From assembly GCA_013239625.1 (NCBI GenBank), contig MU054220.1, positions 5,750,626 through 5,814,625 on the forward strand: a DNA stretch of 64,000 nucleotides, in the 5' to 3' direction. Made by a program: the position numbers and the translations under genes. The notes under the pieces were generated by a model that did not search any database, was not told where the DNA came from, and was given only the letters and a program-made list of their open reading frames with translations. This DNA is from Lama guanicoe (lineage: Eukaryota). Of the stretch, positions 24,371 to 37,114 are shown one piece after another. Each line of letters opens with the position of its first letter. The stretch's first letter is position 1.

Positions 24371-24897
24371 GACCTTATCTCACAAGTAAGCCTTAGTGGT
24401 CAGAATACCTGAAGGGCCAGGAATGGAGGCATTTAAACAGCTTTGCAAAGAGTATTGATTTAAAGATTGCTGATGATCGTTTGGGAAATGGGGCACCTGT
24501 GCAGGGAGGTTTTTGTTTTTCTCCTTTTCTTTGACTTCTGAAGCCACAGAGACCAACAATCAAGGGGCAAAGGAAATCAAACCTTAAGGTTAGAAGATTG
24601 CACCAAGAAAGTTCTGAAAACAACCATGGGTCATAGCCCCACCCTCCTCGTATGTGTGTGTCCAGGGATCTGTGAAGGTAGCTGTTCTTCACTTTATGGC
24701 AAAGCATCTCATGATGAAGAAAACCTCCTACATCAAACTGCTATTTCTCATCCTAGTTTCTCATGCTGTTTTTTTTTTTTAATCTTCTGATTTTCCGAGA
24801 CTATTTCTCCAGTTTTTTAGGTTGAAAAACATTCTGACTTTAATCTACTATCTCTGAAATGCATATATTCACTTATTTATCTTTTCTTCTGCAAAGA

Positions 24898-25150
24898 TCC
24901 ATTCAGTAGCTACTATTATGTACCTCCTATGTGCTAGGAGGTATTGGAAGCCCCTTCAAATGATTTCAAGTCACTTTCAGTTGGAAGGGGAGTCAGATGC
25001 ATGACAAAAGAATGACTAATGTCACAATAGTGCACAAGTAAGGAACTCAACCCACACCCAGGATGTCATGGAAGGCATCCAGAAAGAAGTGATGTCTGAG
25101 CTGAGAACACAGGTGTAAGTAGGTCACAGTGGTGGTGCTGCGGGTAAAGA
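24898..25150 (-). mobile_element. L2 LINE
   Basis: cctcctatgtgctagg...tcatggaaggcatccagaaagaagtgatgtctgagctgaga. Confidence 0.75.
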
Positions 25151-25279
25151 GCATGTTTCAGGGCCAGTTTGAGAATCTGTAAATAGTGTTACTCAGATGG
25201 AACAGAGTTGGGATAGGGAGGGGAGGGTAGTTCATACGTAAATGAACTGGACAGATAATGTGACTAATTATGAGATCCC

Positions 25280-25718
25280 TTGTGGTGGACACTGGGATGT
25301 CCTCCCAGACCTCCCTCCAAGGATTTCCTTTCCTGTCCACTGGCAGTGCTCTTGGCTGATAGCCTTCACTGCCAAAGAAGTGGCATCTTGCCATTCAGGT
25401 TTTGGGTCACCTGCAGAGCCATCTTGCTCAAAGTCACAACCACTCCTGGGGTAGCCCATACAAAATACCTGGTCAGTGAAGGAATATAAAATTCTGGCCA
25501 TGTCTACCCAACTTGGGGCTACTCTGGAAGGCCAGTCTAGCTCCAGAGCTGCCCATGAAGTTGGCTGGTACATCCCTTGACCCTATATCACAGCTCGACT
25601 ACTCCTCCTGCCAAATCTTGCTCCCTTCACCTCACTTCTGAAAGTTTTGATCTCAGGGGCACTGCTTGATGACTCTGCCTCAAAATCCACTTCCCTGGGG
25701 TTTCAGCCTACTATGAAC
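25280..25718 (+). mobile_element. LTR16-like (ERVL) solo LTR
   Basis: tgtggtggacactggg...ggaatataaaattctggcca...ctagctccagagctgccc...cacagctcgactactcctcctgcc. Confidence 0.8.
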
Positions 25719-25719
25719 A

Positions 25720-25892
25720 TCATATCTTTGGGATTTAGCTCATCATGCAGTCCAGCAACTCTCATTTTACAAATAGACAATTGAGACCCAGAAAAGAAAA
25801 GTAATTTTTTCAAATAATTCCTGCTAGTTGTTGGCTGAATAGATTCTAGAGTCCAGGTATCTTGGCTCCTAGTCCAGTCCTCTTTTGCTGTA
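25720..25892 (-). mobile_element. MIR3/MIRc
   Basis: ctcattttacaaatagacaattgagacccaga. Confidence 0.7.
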
Positions 25893-25944
25893 ATGCAAAC
25901 ATGGTTTGCAACTTCTCTGAATTGGAAAGAGAAACTTCAAGTTG

Positions 25945-26345
25945 ATCATACCTCCCCTCACCGTTGTCATCTCTCATCACATCTCACCCTCTGTGCTTTA
26001 GCCACAGAAAACTGGTATTTTCAGTTCTCCAAGTGTGGGTGATGAGTTATTTCACTCCCCATTCTCTAGATACAATCCTTCAGTTAGAGGCTCAGTCTCC
26101 TGCCCATTGGCTGCCCGCCTACACGTCTGAAGCAAGATTTTATCCATGGAGACTCTTGCTTCCCCTGGGCAGAATGAAGCAGATTTGTCAGCTCCATTAT
26201 ACCTTCATAATGTACATAACTCTTATAGAACATATTCTGTGTTTCCTTGCATATTCCCTTCTAGTCTTAAAGTTTCTTAAAGCCTTGAAAAAAAATTTTC
26301 TCTCATCTCTGTATCTGTACGACTTAGAACAATGGACAGAAATAC
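25945..26345 (+). mobile_element. L2 3' region
   Basis: ctctgtgctttagccacagaaaactgg...tctctgtatctgtacgacttagaaca. Confidence 0.55.
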
Positions 26346-26944
26346 ATGAAGAAAGATATTATAAATTTACAAAGGCTTCTGGATGTATTAGCTCCTTCAG
26401 AATAAATAATGGGTGTGTTGACAGCAGTCGTAGCAATTACAGTAATCATGAATATCTGAAAAACATAACAACATTAAAGACTTCAACAAATGTTTTATAC
26501 TATTAAGAAATACTATACAAAATAGGGGAAAGATGTGGAAAACGATGACTCAATGTCTTTTCAAAATTACACTGGAGTATTATCTAACAGGTCTGCCTGA
26601 GAATCATTTAGTTCCTCTCAGTGAATGCACTTTTGATTGACACACTATTTACTATGTATTAGAACCATGACTCTGTAAAATCCTATGTTTGAAACGGGTT
26701 TTTCTGGTAGACATGCAAATTACTTCTGTCCAGTAGAAAAGAGGTCTATAAAGCTTATGAATTTATTGCCCTCTGGTTATATTGCTTCAACATTTTTTCT
26801 TTCAGTGCCTGTATTTACTCAGTTTCTCCCTTTGAGCTAATTTTACCATTCCACAGTTTCCCTCATTAATGAGTAAATAAATCTTTGACATGTACTCGCT
26901 ACATGTTTATATGAGAGGCATATTTTTCATTTTTTTTTAATTAT

Positions 26945-27105
26945 ACTTTGACAGTCCTTGGTATGAGATGGGCAAAATAGAGGTGTCTATCTTAATTTGA
27001 TAGATGAGAAACTAGGACTTAAGAAGTTGAATTAACTTGGCACAAGGTTTTACTAGCAAGCACTCAGTGATGGCAGATTTCAACTCTGAACTCTTCAGAG
27101 TTGTA
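26945..27105 (-). mobile_element. MIR SINE
   Basis: tagatgagaaactaggacttaagaagttgaattaacttggcacaagg. Confidence 0.7.
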
Positions 27106-27834
27106 CTGTGCGTATGAGAACCTTGGATATGGCTGAGAATGTGTCAGATGGTAGTTCCTAGCAGGGAGGGGTGAGAGTGCTGAAAAATGCATGTCGCTGA
27201 GTGTGTGTTTTTGCCAATTTTTGGCCCTGATAAATAATCTAAGAAACATTTTAAGGTCACATTCTTTCCATTGCCTATACATTTTAAGTCCTAGGCCACC
27301 ATGTTGGTGCTAAAACTTAACTTTTCTACACGCATTCTGGCAATGGTCTTGGCATGTATGGCTGTTAGTAGGAAAGTAAGAAGAGGAAAGAAAGAGAAGG
27401 AGAGATGGAAAGGAGATCTATGACCTGCCTTCTATAATAATATTATATTTCCATTGCTCTGTTTCCCCTGTGGGGTATTTCTATGAATGACATAGAAAAC
27501 AAGGGATTGTGTTATATGTGCAATTTGTAGGTGATGGGCTGAACAAGAAGCTTCTAATCTAATTAAACATCTTTTTTTTTTATTTTGAGAAACGATGCTT
27601 TTATGGGATTAGCTCTGTTACTTGAAAAGAAAAACAAATTGTTGTGATTTTTTTTTATTATATCTGTGATCTGACTGGAGAGATTTATGTTTACTAAACC
27701 TATTCCCTGGGGATAAAAGTTAGACTAGGAAAGAAGTCTAGGATGTTCACGTCATTAATATTAGATAAATGTTATGGGCCTTTAGAAATGTGGAAATAGT
27801 TTTCCAGCCAGGTAGCTCAACATCATTTCACAGG

Positions 27835-28080
27835 CATTTAATTAGTATCTGCTCTGTAAAAGATGCTACAGGGACCATCAACTCCATGCCTTGTGCCTTG
27901 TGAGGTACTTGAAACATGATACTCCATTTAGTCAGTAGAGCAATATCAAGAAGTAGTGGGAGCGATTCCATCCAAGCAGTGTTGGAACTGAGGCTCAGAG
28001 TGTTATGTTATGCACCTTGTGCATAATTTCAAAACTGGAAAGGGATTACACTGACGTGCAAATATCTGATACCAAGGTCA
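27835..28080 (-). mobile_element. MIR SINE
   Basis: ggaactgaggctcagagtgtt. Confidence 0.55.
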
Positions 28081-28399
28081 AGAAAGTTCACATCTTCCTT
28101 TGCTGAGAACTCGGAATTGGGAGGAAAGCCCAAGGAGGAGTGACGAAAGGGGAAGATATCATCCTAACAAGCCACACCAGCTGAAGGGATGTCATGACTC
28201 CACGTGGTAAAGGATGTGGTGTTCTTACAGCCCGACCTGTCTCAACTCCAAACTGGATTCCTTCCTGTGTTTCAGCGCATGCTCACATAATGATCATTTC
28301 TTTTCTTATCATGCATGGTTCACATGCTCAGTATGTGCCAGGCAATGTGAAATAATACAAGTTGTATAGAGTGAACTCTATGAAACAATATGACAGTAA

Positions 28400-29565
28400 T
28401 TTGGTAGATCACATTGAAAACAGTATAACCCAAATATGTTAAAAACAAAGGTGTGGAGAAAAATATGCCAGGAAAATTATAACCAAAACAAATGTTATAA
28501 CAATATTAATAACAGATAAAATTTAAGGGAGCTTTGTTATGCACAAGGAACACTATTTTCTACTGATAAAAGAACACATAATCCACAATCAAATGTACAC
28601 ACTTAACAATATAGGGTCAAATAAATATAAAAAAACAAATAATGGACATACGAGAGTAAATTTACAGATACAATGAGGGATTAAACACATTCCTTGGGAA
28701 CCTGGTCAAGCAGAAAACAATATTATTAAACATATACATGATTTGAAATACATAATTAGTAATTTGATATGACATGTAGAACCTATTCCCAAACAACAAA
28801 AAAAATGCTAACATATGTAAATTAAGTCAATGTAGTGGTACTGACAGAGTAATAGACCGTTAGTCTGTCAAAGCAGAAGAGAAAACCTGTGTATATATGG
28901 AAACCTGATCTACAGTAGAAATGCTAGGCAAATCCATGGGGAACAGGTAGATTTAAATGCTGGCACTGGAGAAAGTCTGGCTTTCTATTGAAGAAAAATA
29001 AATAAATTTGTACTTATTTTCCACACTAGCCAAATATATATTCCAGATGGATTAAAAACCAAAGCATGGAAAATGAAACAAACAGAAAAGGACAGAACCT
29101 TAAAACCTGTGGAAAGATTTAGAATAGAACATCTGTTTGACACCAATAGAGAAGAATTAATTAAATTAATAAACTTGATAATTTCAAAGAACACAAAAAA
29201 GCATGAAGGAAAGAACTGTCAAATTTGAGAATATCTGATTTTTAAAGACACATTTGCAGCCGTTTAGCAGGCAGATCATTAGCATGCTTAGAATATACAG
29301 CGCAAATGATGACTGACAAATATCCCAAAAGAAAAGTGCAGATTACCTGAACAAGACATTCACAGAAGGGCTAAGAAAATGTTCAAGAAATGAGAGAAAA
29401 ATGTTCAAATTTACTAGAAATCAGAGAAAAATATTTGAGATATTATTTTTCATCCATCAGCTTAGCAAAAATACAAAAGCCTGATCATATGAGTGTTGAG
29501 GAAGATGTTGAGAAACCACAACTCACACTGCTGGTGAGAGCACAGGCCATAGAAAGAGCAAACTG
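28400..29565 (+). mobile_element. Old L1M/L1ME ORF2 fragments
   Basis: EN-region remnants (ggagaaaaatatgccagg) and later ORF2 remnants (ttccagatggattaaa, cacactgctggtgagag). Confidence 0.75.
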
Positions 29566-29569
29566 AGCA

Positions 29570-29711
29570 GAGTTGACCCTTAAACAACATGGATTTGAAC
29601 TGCAGAGGCCCAATTGTACCCCAATTTTTTCCAGTAAAGGCATATTATATTACTACAGGATCAGCGGTTGGTTGAACCTGCCAATGTGGAGCATTGGATA
29701 ATGGGGGCCCT
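29570..29711. mobile_element. Tigger2-like (TcMar) fragment
   Basis: agttgacccttaaacaacatggatttgaactgc matches the recalled Tigger2 terminus. Confidence 0.75.
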
Positions 29712-29833
29712 CTGTGAATGGTACCTTATATGGCATGAAGGACTTGCAATTGTGACTAATTTAAGAATTTTGGATGGAGAGATTATTCTGGATCTTCCAA
29801 ATGACCCCAGCGTAATCACGGAAATCCTTATAA
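29712..29833 (+). mobile_element. MLT1D-like LTR, 5' part
   Basis: gtgaatggtaccttatatggc...gagattattctggat...gtaatcacggaaatccttataa. Confidence 0.8.
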
Positions 29834-29887
29834 TCCTATATATTTTCCTCATAGGAATTAGAGAAAAATCCTTCAGAGTTTCAATTT

Positions 29888-30125
29888 TACAAGTTATTTT
29901 CTTAAAACTAGGGGCCAGAAGTCCCAAATCAGTTTCACTGGGCTGAAGTGTCAGCAGAGTAGGTTATGTCCGGAGTCTCTGGGGGAGAATCTGTTTCCTT
30001 GCCTTTTCTAGCTCCTGCAGGCCTCCTGAGCTCCTTGGGTCATGACCCCTTCTTCACGTCATTCCATCCTCTTTCTTGCCTTGTCACTTCTCCCACTTTC
30101 TCCTGTGATCCTCTTGCCTCCTTCT
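29888..30125 (-). mobile_element. MLT1D-like LTR, 3' part (inverted)
   Basis: Reverse complement reads agaaggaggcaag...gctagaaaaggcaaggaaacagattctccc...cagtgaaactgatttgggacttctggcc. Confidence 0.85.
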
Positions 30126-31864
30126 GACTGAGAAGATCTAGGGGATGCTGGATGTAGATGAATCTATCTTTGATTGGCACAAAGGAGAAAGTTAGTAAAT
30201 ATTGCCATTAGTTTTGCTACTAGCATTTCCATTATGACCAAGTACGAAAGAAAAACATTTGCTCATTCGTACATCAAAAATGATAGACATGAAGGCTATG
30301 AAGGGGAAACTTATCTAGAGTGGGCAAGCTTTTAATGAAATTTAAAAATTTTAGGTGTACATCAGCATAGGCCAAGGGGATAGAGATTCTCAAGCATCCT
30401 TGTCTCCCTTTTGCACCCATCCCAAGAAGAAGAAATTGAAATCTGGTCAGATCTTGAACACATTTACCAACCAGAAAATCTTTGTCTTCCTTAAAATCTT
30501 CTGCACTTTCTTCTTTTTTCATGCATGTATCCTCTCAGTAATAAGATGATCTATAAATAAGGTATCTATATTGGGATTGTGTCAGGCACAGCAGACTATG
30601 TAGCCACTTCATACGTGTAGAGTTATCTGTCTTTTCCTGAATGTGCCCAACTTGCTCTGTTCTGGTGTTCTCTGTGCTACGTCGTTGACAAAGCTGCAGA
30701 AGTGATAAAAAAGGACCTGAACCTGAACCACCCGTTTTCTCTCCACTCCACTCTCCTGTAGCCAGCACTCTTTGCATGACTCAAGGTTCAAGATAAGTCT
30801 GGCCAGCTTTCTTTCTTTCTCCTGACTTCTGCTCCGTCATCTTGTTTTAGTATACTGAGATCTGTGTTCGTACACAGAGGGAAGGATAGAACCCCCAGGC
30901 CTGGACTTCAGCAAAGCTTCCCAAAATGTTCTGCACTGGACAACATAGCTAATGATGAAGTGTGTCTCTCTATCCCTGCCCCTGTATATTCCTATTTTGG
31001 GGACACCATAGGGATAGAGAGAATTTATTCTATACTGCGTACAATAAGTGCAAACATCTCTTGTTCCCCTAACTACAGATACCATCTTAATAATATTGAA
31101 AATGTTCACTTCAAACAATCAAGACACGTCCTAAGCTTTTCCACTAGATGCCAGAATATTTCACTTAAGCCCGGATATTAGTTCTATCCTTTCTTGTGCA
31201 TATGGGTGTTTGTGTGTAGATACTATTTTGTATGTAAAGTATGTATATAAAATATTAAAATATTGAAGTTTGCTTATTTTTATAATATAATTATTATCTT
31301 ATTTAAATACTATTAGATTCAAATATTACTTTACATATAAATTGTATATATGATATGTATGCATTGTGTATACATGTGTGTGCATGTGTAAGTGCACATA
31401 CTTGTCATTTATCTTTCTGTCTGTTGGTTGCAGTTTTTTTTTGTTTGTGCTGCTCGCAGTATTCTCACTGGTTCACTTATCCATCTGTCTACCCATTCAT
31501 CCATTTCTTGTACAAGCAGATTTTATCTTTTTTTTAAACCAATATCCAAGCATTAGTCTACAGACTTTCTCAATTAGGAAGATACGGCTTGTGATCACTT
31601 TAGGGAGAGAATATGGCTGTAGCATGACTGAATTTTTGATGTCTCAGAATGTGATTCGTGATATCTGGTGTCTGCCTATGATGACAACAGGAATTTTGTT
31701 GTTGTTTTCTTGTTTTTGTTTATTCGTTTTGAAAGGGAACATCTACCTGTCGTCCTGTTCTGCTCGGATCAACCACACAGTAAAATCACTCTTCTGAGGA
31801 CTTCAAGTCTGGCACTTCTTTCCATCCGATGCCTATCAGCTCTGAATTCTTCCGGAAGTTTTAC

Positions 31865-32075
31865 TGAATGATTTATTTTTGTGGGATCATAGACCCCTGA
31901 TAATAATAGGAATTGAATAGATTCACCTGTGCCCTGTGCCCTCAATGAGCTAGAAGTTCAGTGAGGGAAGAGAGACAGATTAATAGAAAATAATAATTTT
32001 TAGATGTGAACTAGAGAAGAAACACCTAAACTAGTATGGGCTGGAGAAGGGAGAGGTCAGGAAAAGCTCTCCTGA
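31865..32075 (-). mobile_element. L2 fragment
   Basis: cctgtgccctcaatgagctagaagttcagtgaggg. Confidence 0.6.
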
Positions 32076-33221
32076 GAATCTGCTGCCCTTTTTTGGAGGA
32101 AAAGTTCCTATTACTTGGTGGACAGGAATACAAAAGACATTGGGTGTGGTATTTGATAGCCGGCCTTCACCAAAGGGTTAGAAAATCAGCTCAGATCATA
32201 TGTGCTTTCCCTCACTAAATCTCTTATTCTTACACTGAAATTACCCTTTTAAATTTGGGGTTGGAGCTTCAGTCCCTGCAACCTGCTCCTTCTCCAGAGG
32301 AGACCCCTAAGACACAGCTGTAGCCCCGAAGTCTGCCTATCCCAGTGACTGCCCGTCCAGCACATGCTCTGAGACAGATGAAGGGTAAATTAATCCCTGG
32401 ATTTTGGTCAGTTTTCCCGGGGAAGGAGAGAAGTGAAAAGCTTTTGATTTCTGCTTCCAAATCTGTTCAGATCTTTGATCTCTAAGGGAAACTTGCAGTT
32501 GGCATTTTCTACTGGAGTCTTGGACCAGGCTTCATGTCAGGCTAATTTAGGGTGAGCTGAAGATCCGTATGTCCCTGAAAGGACTAAAATTTAATGGTAT
32601 GAACTCTGGAAAACAAACATGATGGAAATACTATTTTTTTCAAGCAGTGGAGGGTCTCAAAATATCCACTGGTTTTCTTCACAGATAATACTGTTCTTAT
32701 TATAAGATGTATATTATTGTATAATATACCACAATAGCGAATATTTTGAACTCTAATTTACAAGGTACTCAGAGCTTTCACCTAAGTGATCGTATGTTAT
32801 ATTGATAACAAACCTGAGAGCAAGTTTTTGCTACCCTATTTCCAAATAAGGAGAATGGAGTTTATGTAAAATAACGTTAGTGCCAGTCACATAGCAACTT
32901 TGTGGTTAACATCTTGAATCTTCAACCCAAATTCCTTTAAGTTTGTGTCTCTTCCCAGTCACATATTTCTTTGCAGTAACCCGAAAAAGCTAAACAATAA
33001 TGAATTCATTAGACAATTTAAATTTATCCTTGAGAGAGCCTCAAATAAATTTCAGAAAATGTATGATTCTTTTTTTTTTTTCCCTCATGATTTCCATTGT
33101 GTAAACATGGCCTCTGATAACACATCTTCCTCAGTGGTTCCAATCAGCTCTTTGGAAAGCGTAATCTGTTTCCCTTTGTTATTTTAGCATATCTCGTCCC
33201 ACACCAAAGCTCCCACACAGT

Positions 33222-33233
33222 TTATATATATTT

Positions 33234-33269
<36 letters not shown>

Positions 33270-33270
33270 T
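33222..33270. repeat. (TA)n(CA)n microsatellite
   Basis: Directly visible. Confidence 0.95.
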
Positions 33271-34094
33271 ATAGACAGTGATGTTATTGTCTGTGCAGCG
33301 AAAGTATTCTCAATGAGAGAGGAAATTAAAAAGCAACAGGTGATGAAAACAGAATGATTACATCTTCTCTGGGCATGAACACTGGCAACACCTGATAATC
33401 TTGAAAGACTGTTCTGTCCAATAAATACTTGTGTCTGTCCAGTGGAATCATTTCTTATTATTTCTGAAGTAGTCGTGACCAGATTTTTACGTGTAAGTAA
33501 ATTTAATGCTTGTTAAGGAAATGAGTTCGAAAGCTCTGGAGGTTTTATACAAAACTCGGCTAATTGGCTTTGGCTCTTCTTAAAGCTGTAGGACACTATT
33601 TGGCAGCTTCTTTTTGAACATGTGGCCACTGCAACTCTTGACGCTGCCCACTTTGTACCCAAAAAGAAACATTAACAACTTGGCTCCATGTAAAGGAGGC
33701 TTTAGACTCTGAGAAAATGACTTGGTGTATTTATCTGAACACTATAGAAATCATAACTATGGGAAGCCAATAGACTAGTGCCTGGGCTCTCTAGTTCTCA
33801 AAAAACCCCAAACAATTCCGGTTCCTTATATAGCATACTCCGCTTAAACAGTCTCTCTGGATGGCAGGGAGTCTGGTCTCAGCACCAGATGTTGTCATAA
33901 CATTTATGGTGTTTTCCTTTGTCTTCGTATACCGCATCCTGCCAACGATTGCAACGAGGAAAGAGCTCTCTTTCCGTGGCTTGTTGGTAGAAGGTGGTGG
34001 AAGTTCACGAAGCAGAAGCATGTCAGTAGGTATTGTCTTCTAAGCAGGTACTCAGTGATTGAGACCCCTCCCTCTTGTCCTTTACTGGCTGTGG

Positions 34095-34302
34095 AAAAAT
34101 AAGGTACCTACTGTGTTCCAGGTCCTTCTGTATCCTATCATACTTACTAGTCATGGCAAGGTTGAAATGCAGGTGTAATTACTCCCGCTTTAGAGACGGG
34201 GACACTGAAGTTCAGGGAGATTAGGTTATATGACGAGTGATAGCCAGCTAGAGATGGGGCTGGACTTCTGTGCTCCAGTCTAAGCCCATGGCTCTTCCTA
34301 CT
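34095..34302 (-). mobile_element. MIR SINE
   Basis: tacctactgtgttccagg...gacactgaagttcagggagattagg. Confidence 0.75.
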
Positions 34303-34889
34303 GCAGGAAACAATTGTACTAAACCTGTCTTTGCACCGGGTCCTGGTCAGTTTATCCTTCTGGCACACGTATACTTCAGTGCAGTTCAGATGGGTCATGT
34401 GTATGTCCTTGTATCACTTATTTTTGTTGGGGGAGGTGTTAAACATAATCATTCTGACTGTTTGAATGGAGTTGATTAGTTCAGTCAGGCAACCAGGAAA
34501 ATCAAGACTTTGTCAGTAGAGAAAAAAAGAAGAGAAGTGCAAATAATTTGTATGTGTAGCTACAGCCTCGGCGTACTTCATGTGTGTTTATTTTCAGATG
34601 GATTTCTGGACTTCCCACTGTACTCAGAATAAGATCTGAGCTTCTTACTGATACCATTAGACCCCATAAGGCCTGGCATCTCTGCACAATCCCATTCTCA
34701 CCCTCTGATACTAGTCCTTCTTCTTGTATTCAAAGCTCATGAGAGATTCTAGAATACACAAGAAGGCTTCTTGACTTCTTATCTGTATTTCTTCCTTCCT
34801 TCTCTGCTTTTTCCATCTTTCCTTCCCCCCTTCTTTCCTTCCCTACCTTCTTCCTCCCTCCTTTCTTTTAATCTCTTGCTCATCTTCTT

Positions 34890-35570
34890 TTAACAAATAT
34901 TTATTCAGAAATTTTATGTTCCAGATAGAGATGCTAAAGATGGCAGCAAACACTGTCTTAGTATATCTTAAAATCTAATACAAGGGACAAGAACCTGTTT
35001 AGTGTGTTTAGGGAATATCAAGGAGTCAGAGTTCCTGGAGCAAAATGAGAGAAAGCGGATGGTAAGAAGTAAAGGGAGAAGGTGCCGCCAGTGGTAAGAA
35101 TTTTGAATTTTTTTCTAAATGATACACAGAGGCAATAGATATTTTGATGGATATGAGCTCACTGTCTGCTAGGCAGAGAATAAAACGTAAGAATGCAAGA
35201 GTAGATGCAGAAAGACCAAATAGGACATCACTCTTGTCCAGGTAGGAGATGATGGTAATGTGGTCTTGGAGAGATGAGAAAGGTGAAAAGTATTTGAATA
35301 TGGGAAATGTTTTGAAGGTAGAGCCAACAGGATTTTTTTTTTGGCTCTTCTTTAAAAAAAATGATTAAAGCTTTTCAGCTATAGCAAGTGAGTGAATTGT
35401 AGAATTGTTTGCCAGTACTGGAGGAGAAACATATTTTTGGTGAAAATCAAGAATCTGTTAAAGCCAAAATTTTTGTTAGACATTCAGATGCTAACTGATG
35501 TCAATATACCATCTGGAGGAATCCATGAGGGAATTGAGCATTGTCGTTATATGTGGGAGTTGTCAAAACG
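34890..35570 (-). mobile_element. L2 LINE nested in a plus-strand L2 (about 34600-34715 and 35570-36090)
   Basis: aacaaatatttattc...gtccaggtaggagatgatgg...ttttgaaggtagagccaacagga; the flanks read as one interrupted plus-strand L2. Confidence 0.7.
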
Positions 35571-35743
35571 TATCTGACCTTCCCACCTTGAAGCCCTTTG
35601 CTCTGCCTGGAATGTTCTTATTCTGAATCTCATCTATTTGGCCCTTTTTCATCCTTCAGGTCTTAGTTTAAATGCATCTACTTAGGTCTTCCCTGAGCAA
35701 ACCATTGAAAGCAACCACCTCTCTCACATAACCCTGCTTAGAT

Positions 35744-35867
35744 TTATCTATCTATGTACCTATGTATCTATCTATCTGCCTATGTATCTATGTATCTATG
35801 TATCTATCTATCTATCTATCTATCCATCTATCTATCTATCTTCCTGTCTGTCTGTCTGTCTATCTAT
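35744..35867. repeat. Compound (CTAT/GTAT/CTGT)n tetranucleotide microsatellite
   Basis: Directly visible. Confidence 0.95.
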
Positions 35868-36574
35868 GATTTTGTGTTGTTGCTTTGGAATTGCTGTTGG
35901 TTTCTTTTTAAAGAGTTACTTCAAACTTACCACAACTTTTGTTGTTTTGATAATTTGTTCTAGTTTATTTCTATCCTCTCACTATGAAATAAGCTCCACA
36001 GAGTCACAGACATTTCCTACCTTATTTATTACTGCATCCCCAGTACTTGCCTAGCACGGCTCCTGCATATAATGGATGCACAAGCATTACATGCAGTAGA
36101 CATGTTTCCATTCTTCTCATGTCTTGCTCTTTCAGTCCCTCTCTGCCAGTTGTGCCCATACCCTGAGCCTACTTGGAAAGGCAGACCCAGCATGAGCAGC
36201 CTGAAACTGACCTGCTGCCAGAGTCTGGGATGGTCCATTTAACCTGAGGCTAGTGTTCTTTGTGGCTCGTCTGGGGCAAGGGCACCCCTGTGTAAATCCT
36301 CCTGTTTCTCTTTAAAACGGATCATGGCCACCCGGGGTTGCCTAGGCTTACTTCACAGGATCCGCAGTCTTTCTGTGAGATAGTCATGAAACACACAGTT
36401 ACAGCAGAGTGTGATCATTGCTAAAAGTGTGGCTTTTACTCAGTACTTTTTAAGGATGGAGAAGAGGACTTAACCCACTCACCTACTTCTCACTGGGGTT
36501 ATCTACAATGCTTCACAACATGGGACTCCTTCAGCTGAGACTGGGGCAGTGAGATGCTTAGTAAGTTAAACTGG

Positions 36575-36810
36575 GCTAATGTAGTTCAAAACGTGTTCTG
36601 TACCAAAAATGTCTTAATTCAAATCCCAGATCTTCCATGTGTAATTTACAGCCTGGATCAAGTAACTTGAATTCGTTAAGTCTCACTCTCCTTACCTATA
36701 AGATGGGGGATGGGGAATATATACATACTTTTGGGGGTTTGTGTAAGCATCATTATGATAGTTGTATAGGTGCTAACACTTTGTCTGAAGTACATGCACT
36801 AAATACAGTG
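36575..36810 (+). mobile_element. MIR SINE
   Basis: ttcaaatcccagatct...caagtaacttg...ccttacctataagatgggg. Confidence 0.7.
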
Positions 36811-37114
36811 TGAATATGGTCATCATCAGTGTGAAAAACACAATGAAAATGGAAACACGTAAAGGTGCAGAGGGGAGGAAATCATATGATGTTCAGAAAA
36901 CAATCTGTGTTACCCATGCTTTATTTCCAAATATAGGCTGCTAAGAAAGTATATTTAAGTTCCTTTTGCATGTGCTTTAATCATCTAATAAAATAGTAAG
37001 TTCCTTAAGGGAAAGAGATACTTTGTGCTTCTGCTTAGCATATGGAAGCTTTATCTCATTTACTTTGCTTTAGATTTCTGGCTGGTTCTCCAGGTTTACA
37101 GAAAGCTAATATTT

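Noticed and set aside
25964..26506. Longest ORF in the track (180 aa)
   Set aside because: Non-ATG start, lies largely over an L2 relic, no recognisable domain
33879..33898. REST/RE1 site (tcagcacca...)
   Set aside because: Only the left half matches; there is no GGACAG half
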